Program-made: the position numbers and the translations under genes
In this document: piece after piece, positions 13,121-25,137 of the stretch
Position numbering within the stretch: the first letter of the stretch is position 1
Layout of the letters: every line of letters begins with the position of its first letter
From: Lingula anatina
Lineage: Eukaryota > Animalia > Brachiopoda
DNA: 64,000 bases
Direction of reading: 5' to 3'
NCBI GenBank assembly: GCA_051362555.1
Contig: CM120640.1
Span: 46,044,788 to 46,108,787, forward strand
The notes under the pieces: model-generated
The model's input: the letters and a program-made list of their open reading frames with translations, nothing else
The model's database searches: none
What the model was told of the DNA's origin: nothing

Positions 13121-15737
13121 CTAGAGGATCAGAGAGGCGATACCGCCTCCGAATATTGTACCACCAGCTGAAGCAAGCGCATTCGTATAGACCCCCACAT
13201 ACGCAAAATAAGGGACACAGCCACTAGACTTATGCTTGACAAGCTGTAAAATGCAATCAACAAGAATTTTCAAAATACGCAAAAAATATACATAACTTAA
13301 AATGGTACAATCAAAGTTAAGTTCATTGTAAGGTAGGTCAAAGGTCAATTTCAAGGTCACAGTAAATTTCCAGTATATGACTTCCTATTCAACTTCAATA
13401 GTAACTTTGGACCTATCTCTGCCAGGTTTGGAGTTAAAAGAGAAAGAAATTAGCAGAGTTCAGTTCATGATTATAAGTAGGTCAAAGGTCAATTTCAAGG
13501 TCACACTTAGATTGCCAGTATATGACTTCCCATTCAAGTTCAATAGTAACTATGGACCTATCTCATTAGTTTTGGAAATAAAAGGGAACCAAAATTTGCA
13601 AAGTTCAATTCATGATAAAAAGTAGGTCAAAGGTCAATTTCAAGGTCACATTTAGATTGCCAGTATATGACTTCCTACTCAACTTCAATAGTAACTATGG
13701 ACCTATCTCTGCCAGGTTTGGAGTTAAAAGAGAAAGAAATTAGCAGAGTTCAGTTCATGGTGAAAAGTAGGTCAAAGGTCAATTTTAAGGTCACATTTAG
13801 ATTGCCAGTATATGACTTCCTATTCAACTTCAAAAGTAACTATAGACCTATCTCTGCTAGTTTTGGAGATAAAAGGGAAGCAAAATTTCTAGAGTTCAGT
13901 TCATGGTGAAAAGTAGGTCAAAGGTCAATTTCAAGGTCACATTTAGATTGCCAGTATATGACTTCATATTCAAGTTCAATAGAAACTATGGACCTATCTC
14001 TGCCAGTTTTGGAGATAAAAGGGAGGCAAAATTTGCAAAGTTCAGTTCATGGTGAAAAGTAAGTCAAAGCTCAATTTCAAGGTCACAGTAAGATTGCCAG
14101 TATATGACTTCCTATTCAAGTTCAATAGTAACTATGGACCTATCTCTGCCAGTTTTGGAGATAAAAGGGAACCAAAATTTGCAAAGTTCAATTCATGATA
14201 AAAAGTAGGTCAAAGGTCAATTTCAAGGTCACATATAGATTGCCAGTATATGACTTCCTATTCAACTTCAATAGTAACTATGGACCTATCTCTGCCAGGT
14301 TTGGAGTTAAAAGAGAAAGAAATTAGCAGAGTTCAGTTCATGGTGAAAAGTAGGTCAAAGGTCAATTTTAAGGTCACATTTAGATTGCCAGTATATGACT
14401 TCCTATTCAACTTCAATAGTAACTATGGACCTATCTCTGCTAGTTTTGGAGATAAAAGGGAAGCAAAATTTCCAAAGTTCAGTTCATGGTGAAAAGTAGG
14501 TCAAAGGTCAATTTCAAGGTCACATTTAGATTGCCAGTATATGACTTCATATTCAAGTTCAATAGAAACTATGGACCTATCTCTGCCAGTTTTGGAGATA
14601 AAAGGGAGGCAAAATTTGCAAAGTTCAGTTCATGGTGAAAAGTAGGTCAAAGGTCAATTTCAAGGTCACAGTAAGATTGCCAGTACATGACTTCCTATTC
14701 AACTTCAATAGTAACTATGGACTTATCTCTGCCAGTTTTGGAGATATAAGGGACTAAATGTTATAATTTTGGAGTTACCATAATGTGCAATAAATTTCCT
14801 ACGGAAAAATTTAATTAAAATAAAGAAAAGGTCATTTTGGTCAAAATTCTTGAAATAGGAGGTGCTCTGAAGTTCCAGATGTTCAAATTTGATGAAATAA
14901 TGTCATTTTTGACCACAAGTTGTCTGCTTTGCCAAGCCTTATGTTTTATTTTTCCGGAGTTCAAAATTTATTATCCATTACCGTACTGCACATTTTGCTT
15001 TCACCACCAATATGTACTTTTTGATACAGCGTAACTCGAAAACCGTATGGAATACACAAAAACGGAGACCACCTCCAGTGTTGGGCTTTACATGTTCTAC
15101 AAAATGCAAAAAAGAATGGGTCTCTAGCATTAACGGTTCCCGAATTAGAGACAGTTTTCAGTTTCGGTATCTTATGGCCGCTACACCCGTGAAAATGCAC
15201 CGATTGACCCCAAATTCACACAGATGAAAGATGACCTGAAGGGTAACATTTTCCAATAATATTATTGGTTAAGTCTGTGTGGTGTCTGAATAACAGCGCA
15301 AATAAATTTTTTTTCGAAAAAAAATTCATTTTTTTGAAAATTTTTGCCCGTTTGACCTTGAAATAAAGGTCAAAGGTCAAATCCAAGGGCACATTTGAAA
15401 TCTACACATATGACTTTTGGAAAGCTGTCTGTAGAAATTTTTCCCATAATTCCTTCCGTAGGGTAGATAATTAGCATTTAATTTTGCCATTTTTGGACAA
15501 GGGTGCATTGCAATGAGTGCCACACCTAGACCCCAATACCGACAAAGCCCAAATTTTACGTGGAACGAGTTGAGATTATAGGTGACCTAAATCCAAGAGA
15601 TGGGTATGGGGGCCCTTACCGTCTAGGAGGAGAAGCGGTAACGGTAACATGGCGGCGGAGCCGCAGGAGCCGGCGGAACGGACCGGACGGGACTAAAACC
15701 ATGTGTACCGCCAGCGCTAACGCTGGTGGTACAATAA
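13121..15737 (-). mobile_element. Helentron-associated non-autonomous element (HINE/DINE-1/pearl-CvA architecture) with internal satellite array
   Basis: On the minus strand, in order: 5' subTIR attgtaccaccagc within the palindrome tgtaccaccagcg-ttag-cgctggcggtaca; GTCC-like microsatellite (about 15650-15692); internal tandem array; 3' subTIR gctggtggtacaat (13155-13168); hairpin gaggcgg-ta-tcgcctc; terminal CTAG followed by TTT. No TSD. Confidence 0.85.
13333..14755. repeat. Tandem array of about 10 x 144-146-bp monomers with a 583-bp higher-order unit
   Basis: The anchor gtaggtcaaaggtcaattt recurs at 13333, 13477, 13622, 13767, 13913, 14059 (variant), 14205, 14350, 14496 and 14642. Confidence 0.97.
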
Positions 15738-18490
15738 AGCTGCATCTGTTGAAAACAGATTCATTTACACCATGTATTACGCTTAAACAATAAAATTCCA
15801 CTGACAATAACTAATTATACGATGTAATTATATAATTATTATTGTTACTATTAAGTCTGTCTTACATGAACATTTGTCTTCCAAAAGCAAGGGGGACTCA
15901 TTCATTAAATCTTTCAGTTAAATAAATAGTGTATGTGCTGTGACTGTACTGTTTATATCCTTTTGACTGCATGATACACATACATCACAGGTACAGCATA
16001 AAATGCACTGTTTACAGTTGTCTTCACTAGAAAACCTTCGTTTATATACACCAAAGTAAAGAGAAAATATCAAATAAGTGTCCTAAACTATGCCAAAATA
16101 TCAATATGTTTCTTACTGTAATAGAAAAAAATTATACTTATTATAGGTGCAATAGGTAACATATGGCTTAGTTTTGTATAAACATGCAGGCCCTTAGATG
16201 ACATTTATGTCTTTGTCCTTGCCGCAAAACAATAATTACCAACCTGGGACCTCCTTTATCATACCAATTCTCTCTTTCATAGCTATCTGAGAGACTGTAT
16301 TTGTTTAAATAGAACATTGACATGGAAGAAAGTACATTGACAGCCAATAAAGAAAAACAGCAGTGCAACAATGTTAACAAATTTTACTAAATGGGTTTAC
16401 AGGCTGAAGACTCAAATTAAATCTTCTAGCATTTTATAAATAAGTATGCTGCAACACACTTGGCAGAATCACTAAATTAATAGTATATTACTGCCACCCT
16501 GGCATTTGATGGTTATACAGAAACAAGGCACAACTAGAACTTCACTGGTTTCTGGGTCTATTCATGTATATATAGATATATGTAATGCAAGTGACCTGCT
16601 TTCATTAATACCATATAATACCTGAAACAATCAAACACATAATTTATAGATTATTTAAATAATTAGATTATAGTTTCAAGAATATACCTGTATATTATAT
16701 GCATTAAAGGTACGCTCTCGAGTCTCCCCTATTAAAAATGTCCCAAAGTCATATTTTGTACATGGTATTTATCACACAAAACTACTCATTTTCCCCAATT
16801 CAGACCTTAAAAATGATAAAACCTCTCAAATGAAAGTAGCTGGTGTCTATATTTCTTTCTGAATTGTACAAGAAGACATGTCTCAAGCCAGACATTTACA
16901 AATAAATTACTTGATTAGAGATGATGAAATACCACATCAAATCCAAGTGCTAGGATGGATGAACATGCAATGATTTGGAAGTAGGAAAAATGTTTTTTCT
17001 CAAGGAAATTTTGATTTGGCACAAAAAACCTGGATAAGATATGTTAAATGACAATATATGATAGTAGGATCTGTATTTTTAAATACCATCTCCTCGCTTT
17101 CTTATTCCTTGGATCCACGTGATAAATTCATTGTAATTAATAAAACTAAAATGAAAAAGTAATGAAATAAAGTTTTAGTTATAACTTCTTCAAATACTCA
17201 TATCCAACTGCCTCCTGGCAAAAGGAAGTATCTATTTATTTATACTCAGTATAACCTTTTTCATTTCTTCTACATTGTCCCATTTTTTATGATTGGATAA
17301 TCTAATAATAAGACTTATTTTATATTGTATTATATTCCTCTAAAACAGATCTGTGTGTGGAAGTGGCTACCATAGTACTCATCAGATAAAAAAGAAGCAA
17401 AATTTCTTTGGCTTATCTTATCCAAAGTATGAAAATTATTGTAACTTTTCATGGTTTTTAACCATCTAGAAGCACCAAGAAGCCAGTATACTGTGTAGTA
17501 GAATTTAAACATTCTGCCTACTACGATGTTATACTGTCCATTATTGTTTTACTTAACATGCCTGGAAAATGTCCATGATGGGAAATATTACCATGAACAC
17601 AATTTTACAATTTATGATTTCATTTAATAGTTAAATTAAAAATCCCATTCCTTGTCTAACAATGTTCAGCTGACATTATTTTATTACATTTAATCAAATA
17701 AAAAATCATCAGACGAAAAGGCAATCAATCAATCATAAGCATTTTTTTACACAAAATGAATTATCACTTGCCTTGAATAAAAATTATGTAAGGGTATCAA
17801 GGCATTAGGGCTTTGCTTAAGACTGGTAATTGTTCATTTCCAGGCTTACTGCACCATATTTAACAGAAGGAACTGATCACCTAGGATTTGTCCTGCCAGG
17901 CTGCACTACATCAAGCCTGGCTGATACAATTTGGCCTAGAAATATATTGACTATCATCACGCTATTGCTCAGGCCTGATTAGGCTGATAATGGTACAGAT
18001 TTTAAAAGCAATCTTGGGGAGCAACTTAACGCTCAGAGATTTTATCTGATTTCCAATAAAGCACCATGACATGATGAAGACAAATGAAGATCCAGCTGTA
18101 CTTAGATAATCAAAGGATGTGACAATTTCACTGATCTGGGAGTATTGTATAGCTTATCCTCAACATAGAGCAACCAAAGCATTGAAGGTGAAATAAATAC
18201 AGGTACATGCCCAGTTCTCAAATGCCTACCATTAATTCCAATAGACTTTATCATACATGGATACCATACATCAATCAAGATGCCATTTAGGCAGAAGCAT
18301 TTAAAATGGTGTCAAAACCACCACAAAGGCGGTTTTCATTGTGTTTTATTATATTTGTCAACACTCACATGAGAAAGACTTCAATAAGGACACAAATCAA
18401 ACCAAAGTTCTGTTCAGACAAAGTCCAAATTAGACCATAAATCTGATTATCAAGCAAATGATCAAGGGTTCAGGAATTCACCTATATTAA

Positions 18491-19093
18491 AGGTACACAA
18501 AGGAGGATTTTGATCAAAATTCATATTAAACTAAATATTCCGGGGTAAACAGCATTTTACTTGGATTGCCCAACCTTTATCTTCTTTTCTTGACACATGC
18601 AATTTTGGAAAAGGCCAAAGTTCAAAACCCATGCACAAGCGAAGGTTTTTCATTTCCTTTTTTATTCATTTGCATTGACAGGACTTCCATGTATTGTGAG
18701 ACACTCACACCATAAATTGCGCTATTGTCAAACTGTCTCAAGATGGCTGACTACCGAGGTTGGACAGGACAAAGTGAATACGATTATTTTTTGCAATATT
18801 GATTAAGACCATTCATCTGTCATTTTATGTTTTGAAAGTTTTAATTGTCCTCAGATAAGTTCAACAAAAAGCAACCTATGCATGAATGCATTTCAAATCC
18901 TACTTTGGCCCCATTCAGACTAGGGGACTAACTAGTCCGAGCATCAAATATTGCAACCTACTACAAAGCTTACCAACTAAATACGCTAATAGATACTGAA
19001 TAGATATCCTGTGAGGAAGTATTCAAGTGGGTAGGCCATATTTGACCTTCGAACTAGTTAGTCCCTTATTCTGAATGCAGCCTTTGTGTGGCT
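18491..19093. mobile_element. Kolobok-like non-autonomous element with TTAA TSD
   Basis: Left end is ttaa|aggtacacaaaggaggattttga. With the nested MITE removed, the right end reads (reverse complement) ttaa|agccacacaaagtaggatttga. TTAA at 18487-18490 and 19094-19097. Confidence 0.7.
18907..19082. mobile_element. PIF/Harbinger-like MITE (176 bp) nested in the right TIR of the Kolobok-like element
   Basis: About 45-bp imperfect TIRs: ggccccattcagactaggggactaactagt versus reverse complement ggctgcattcagaataagggactaactagt. ttt flanks both sides. Confidence 0.8.
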
Positions 19094-19364
19094 TTAACTG
19101 CATGGACATTTTTTTTTTTCACAAAAGAACTTAGGTTAAAAAATGGGCTCAACTACAAAATAAGCAATTTTGGTCTGCTTTAATTGAAGATATGTTACAA
19201 GAAACTCACTAAAATTAATTTCTGGTCAAAGTAGTCCAAAATATTGGGTCTTTAAGTCTTAATTTAGGTCTCAAAGTTAACTTTTAACTTAAATTTAAGA
19301 CATACTTTTTAAGACAAATTTTTAATTCAAAGTTAAGATCAATTTTCAACTTAAAATGTTTTTT

Positions 19365-19396
<32 letters not shown>

Positions 19397-20489
19397 AAGC
19401 ACCTTTCAAAACCATGATCATGGTGATCTGGTCTAAAGAGAGTTGGTACTTTTCTGAACAGAACTTAATAGACAACAGACATGTTTCCTGGACTGTACAC
19501 AGCATGAGGTGAAAAAAATCAACATCTGACTATATGAGTGCATTAGGATTGATTTGGTCTGCACTGGGTCCATTTAAAATACACACATGCGCAACTCTGT
19601 TGACAAGTAAACAGGGCATGTTTTCATATGTGAAAACCAACAAAATAAGGACTGGTTTCTGTTGCCAAAGAAACACCTGTTTGGAAACCAATTCTATTTA
19701 AAGCATGGGAAACTGATTTCACTACCTTTTAAAGTAACAATAATGCAACCAATAACGATAAAAGGCACCAACAAATATCTTTGTATGTAATTAACAGCAA
19801 TTATGTAAATACTACAGCCCACCCCTCATTATTATCTGTAACTATTAACACGTCTTGATCAAGGACAAGGCAGGTGTTATGTTTTCTTCCATCATGAAAA
19901 TGTCTAAGGATTAGATTAACAAACGATCATGTCACAGTAGATAAAATGTTTGATCCAAACTTTATCTGAAAATAAAAAATGGTCATGAATTCATACCAAC
20001 ACACACAAAGGAAAATAATGACAGCCATGAAAATATATAGAAATAACAAAGCAAAACTTTAATATGAATCTAGATTAAAAGTATATAAGACCAGCATAAG
20101 TACTGTACATAGCATAGTTTTTAATATACAGAAAAACATACCATTATCTAGAAACTATGATAAATGTAAACTAGACAGCAAACCTGGCAAATATACAGAT
20201 ACCATACAGAAGCTGAACAAAAAAATATTACAATAACATTTTTTACATTTGCTGATTTTTAAAAGGTGCCTGAATTTTTTTATGAAACAGAGCCACTTTG
20301 TAAATTTAAAGTAAAGGAAAAATGCGATTTTGCAGTTATAAAGCGAATGACTGATGTGTCTGACAGCAACAGCACCAACATGGACACACATGGTTACCAG
20401 AATAAAAGGTGTCTGTATATAAAAAAAGTTATGCAATTCAACAGTTCTATGGGTTTGCGTTCAATTTTTTTATTCTTAGGTTTAAAAGT

Positions 20490-21284
20490 CAGGCATGAGA
20501 TTTGGTTTTGATAAAAAAGTCTGAAAGATTTTTCGAAGAAAAATCTTAACGCACACGTAGTGTGCGTGGGGGGGTTGTTAAGGGGGGTGCGCCCCCCTTA
20601 TTAATTCTGTTGATGTACGTTTAAACCATGTCATAGATCTAGTACAACTATCGTTTATACTATTACTAGTGACAACACCGTCATCACATCAGACGATCAG
20701 TAGATTTAGTGATTCAACAGTTGGGCACAATTTTAAACGAGCGACAAGTCGACAACTCAAAACATGAAAATTTTCAAATGCAAGTTCAATGTCTTCATAC
20801 GACATACACACAACCGATCTAGTAAAACAACCTACCTGAATTTATTCTTAATCCCTTTATCGATTTCTCTGACTCTATCATCGTTTACACCGGCCTCAAG
20901 TAGCTTCATTTTCCAAAACGCAAAAGCGACACACGATACCACATGGAAAAAACCGCGCAGCGCTATATGAACAGGATACAGGCCGTTTTACGGTAATTGC
21001 ATTCAATGACTGTATAAATGTCGTATAGATGTCGCAAAAGTTTCCCCCTTGATAACAGTGCGTCCCAGAATCGATATATATGTACGGTTGGTAACGTTTT
21101 TCGGCAAGGTCAAAATTGAAAACATGCGAGTGCCGATGAGTGAAGGGTCTCGCCGGGGAAGGGAAGGGTACCCCTACCCCCCCCCCCTGAAATTTTCTCA
21201 ACGGATTTGCAATGATATAAAAAATGACATTTTTGAAGGAAAAAAGTCGGAATTCCGCCAAAAGACGGAAAAATCTCATGCCTG
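20490..21284. mobile_element. Non-autonomous DNA transposon, 795 bp, 14-bp TIR, 6-bp TSD (hAT-like)
   Basis: caggcatgagattt ... aaatctcatgcctg. aaaagt is duplicated at 20484-20489 and 21285-21290. The CpG-rich interior has GC hairpins such as taaggggggtgcgcccccctta. Confidence 0.88.
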
Positions 21285-22312
21285 AAAAGTCCAATTTGAA
21301 ATATGCGATCCACTTCTGAAAAATATTCATAATGTGCTAAATAATCAATTATAAAAACCTAAGACTATATACTGAAAAATAATAATCATATTTTTATAAA
21401 TTTGCAAAATGACAGAAATTTAATAAATATTAACACTGCGGTGACCAAGGTCCAGAAAATAGACAGAAAGTTTACTAAACATCAGAAATATTAAACAGTG
21501 CAAATAAGTTTAGACTTTCATAAATATCTGGCTTGTGAACATAACAGCAAAAGAATCCATTGCTTAACATACCATCAACAGCAGTACAACAGCTGAAAAC
21601 AGGATATTATATTATATTATTTAACATTTGGAGGATAAAAAAACCTATATAGATATCTTCCTCAAATCCCTTCCTGAACTTGTGGTTAACCACACATTCC
21701 TTCAAGATTCTAATAATCAGGTCATCAGATGTCCTTGATCAGCCTATATGTTACGTTAATCGTATTGTTCTACATACATAAATAAGCATGCTTTCATAAT
21801 CTTGAGTTTCTTCCCCAAAAGGTTCTGGTATTGTACAGGGCACAGTATAGGCAACTGTTAATGGTTGAAAACATCTAAGTTGTAGGACCAATATATACAA
21901 AGCGACTGAAAAAAAATTAATTGGTATTATGAAATATTTTAAAATATTATCTATTTTCTTTTCTTAAAACCTATAAACACTAGAGCCACAAATGTACTAG
22001 TATATCTATAAACTTTATTTGGCATAGAATATGTTCTTCTTCTAAATAAAAACTTAATGATGACAAAGTCATTAAAAAAAAACATTCACCTCATATTTCT
22101 ACACCAAAAATATGCAAGATTCGACAACATGATATACAAACAACCTGGTACCTGAAGTAAATTACATCTGTGTGCAGAGACAATAAAGATGCGCTTGCTG
22201 TTAACTAAATTACACATAATTTTATCAATAATAAATAAGAAAAACAAACATGATATAAGAAGGGTGAATCAGCTGACAGGAAAAGACTAATCAGGTTAAA
22301 ACTTGAGTCTTA

Positions 22313-22569
22313 GGCTTCGTTCACATGCAATGTCTATTTTCTAAATTCTATTTTCTATTCGCGCTATCTTATGATCATGGTCTGTGCCCTGAATATCCCG
22401 TGGCGTAATTACTGGCAGCGCGAGCCAGTTACTTAAAGTAACTTATAGTAACTGGCTCGCGCTGCCAGTAATTACGCCGCGGGATATTCAGGGCACAGAC
22501 CGTGATCATAAGACATACCGCGAATAGAAAATAGAATTTAGAAAATAGACATTGCATGTGAATGAAGCC
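22313..22569. mobile_element. Tourist/PIF-Harbinger-like fold-back MITE, 257 bp
   Basis: Almost entirely palindromic with arms of about 120 bp (ggcttcgttcacatgcaatg...cattgcatgtgaatgaagcc). TTA TSD at 22310-22312 and 22570-22572. Confidence 0.95.
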
Positions 22570-22988
22570 TTAGTAGCTTGGAACTTGCATTTGACTGTGT
22601 GTGTGTGTGTGTGTGTGTTATCATAGGTTTTTGTCTCAAAGGAACGGAATAACATACAGTATATCTCTATATGACATAAAATATCAAAAATCAAAACTGA
22701 TTTCAAATTCAGAGTGCACATGCTACAACAGCAGCAATTGTGGCATACCAAAAGAGACCAGTGATGGTAGGTCCAATCAAAGTGGAGCGGTATTTCATAG
22801 ACTTGTTTAGACAAGAACTATTTCAAACTCCATACATGGCAATATTAGGCTACACAATCAAATGACCCCACTGACTAACCAGCTATTCACCATTATAACA
22901 GACTAATTCAGACAAGGTATGTTTCAGACTATAAGTTTGGCTAACTTTCACTAGCCAATATGATCAGACTAAATAACTAGTTATATTA

Positions 22989-23035
<47 letters not shown>

Positions 23036-25082
23036 AGCCCTTACAAACATAATTGCTGTTTGTACTAGTAGCTGCAGATTTGTGATACAGTGATTGTGAA
23101 ATAATGACTTAAACTGTGATTTTTCATGGTCTATTTTTCTAAAAAAAACACTTGCTGCAAGCATCACATTGTAAATTATGTAAAAAAAGTATAAAAGCCA
23201 GCCTAATTGTTCACAGTTTATAATTCTGTGATCATGGGCAGTATATTCACAATCAGACTGTAATCTGGTTCAAGTCATTTATCTGGTGTTTGCAATCACA
23301 AACCTGCGACTCCAAGTCACAAATGACAATTGTCTTTTACGAGGTCTGAAGAGCCACAATCTTCATGTTTGTCAATCACTGCTCACAATGCACTCTCCAA
23401 TCCCCAGAATGGAACAAACTGTCAGTATCAATGTCATTAAGTACAAGTGAAATGTAAGAAAACCCAGTCTGCTGAGGACAACACAAGTCCATGAGGACAC
23501 CTTGCCACACCAACACTGGAGGATGATACTATACTTCAAGATGTATGAATATTCAATACCTTTCTAAGACTCCAACCCTCAATGTCTACACAGATCATCA
23601 GCAAATATTAAATTTTCAACATGCATGCAATATTCAAATGACAACCTGGATGCATTGAAAAGCAAATGTTTAAAAATGTATGCACTGCTGGAGATTAAGG
23701 TATCTAACTTTCTGGAATGATGAACAAAAATTCTCTCCCAGGTGTGTGTGTGTGTGTATGTGTGTGTGTGCATACACACCCCTCTCAAATGACATAACTT
23801 GATAAAGAATGCAGTAAAAAGTGGAAAAAAGAATAAATAAGATTAAAAGGTTATGAATACGTAAACAATTGGTTGATAAATAAATAAACAAGTTATTAAG
23901 AAAAAAGTATGCACTCCAAGAGTGTTGGCCTCCTCCAAGACAAAACATAAATAATAAATAATAAATAATAATAATAATATTAAACTAGAATGCAAAAAGT
24001 ATTTCAAAGGTATTGTTGAAATTGTACCACTTCTTCTTCTTTATTATTATTTTCATTTATTTATTTTTTTGAAAACTCCTTCCTAAAATTTTATCAAAAT
24101 CAAAGAAGAATTTTTTGAAGTATCTTAACCATGAGCTAAACAATGTCAATAAAAACAAACCATTGGTGGAGGTAGACAGCCAGATGGACAAAGAGGACAG
24201 GATAAATAAATACATTCAATTTCCCAAACCAAGAAATTGATACATTTCTCTCCTTCTCTCTACACAATAAAAGAAACCTTCCTTACCTTTTCATTTTACT
24301 TGGGAGTGCTTCAGTTCTCATTCCTCATAAACTGCATTCCAAGAAATATCCTTAAAAGTAACTGCTTGCTCGTGACAAAATCCATCATAATTGATTATCT
24401 GTTTGTGGCTGTAATTGCTATTCCTTTCTCTGTCTTACATGGTAATTATCAAAAAACATTGGGATAAGAAAATGAAGATAAATTTCTTGCAACAAAGTGG
24501 AGGTTAGGGAAGAGAAGAGGATGGGAGAGGAGCAACAGTCCTCAGGCCCATGTCATCCATCGTATTTGACAAGCAAGCCTTTGAGAGATGTCAAAACTGT
24601 TTGATGAACCTACACCTTAGGTGTCTTCTGCAAATTTACAAAAAGCATGTACATGTGGCCTCTTGTACTTTCGCCCCCCCCCCCCCCCCCCCCCTTAATT
24701 TCTGACACTGTGCTTGTTTCTGCTGATGTGTATAATATATAGATTTAAATTGATTTTCTTGAGCCCTGGACCCATCACTTCCGATGAAACTGTCTAGACA
24801 CATATCATAACTGGCACTTAATTTACCTTTATATATATATATAAACAACCATAATTTTAGGCCCACCCTCATCATAAAAGGAGGACCTTCAACACAAACG
24901 TTTTTACATTTGCAGCAAAGGGCATAATATATTTTGTATCATACACTGAAAACCCATATCACAGAGTTATATCAACAGCTAATGCAAAGAATTTCTTCAA
25001 AAACGAACAATTAGGTTTGATAACAGCAGCTCAAATTCTACTTAAATATTTTTTTTACTATAAACACCATCACACACATACA

Positions 25083-25137
<55 letters not shown>

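Noticed and set aside
13377-14492. Three near-identical ORFs of about 80 aa (MTSYSTSIVT...)
   Set aside because: They are by-products of the satellite's higher-order repeat. Monomer length is not a multiple of 3 and no domain is recognisable.
13333-14755. Regularly spaced repeats considered as a CRISPR array
   Set aside because: Whole monomers are homologous with no unique spacers, there are no cas genes, and the context is eukaryotic. It is a tandem satellite.
16704-16760. ttaa-aggtacgc... resembling a Kolobok left end
   Set aside because: I could not find a matching right TIR or TSD, so no boundaries can be supported.
20896-21330. 144-aa ORF and overlapping ORFs
   Set aside because: They lie within or across a non-autonomous element, lack transposase motifs, and the longest crosses the element boundary.
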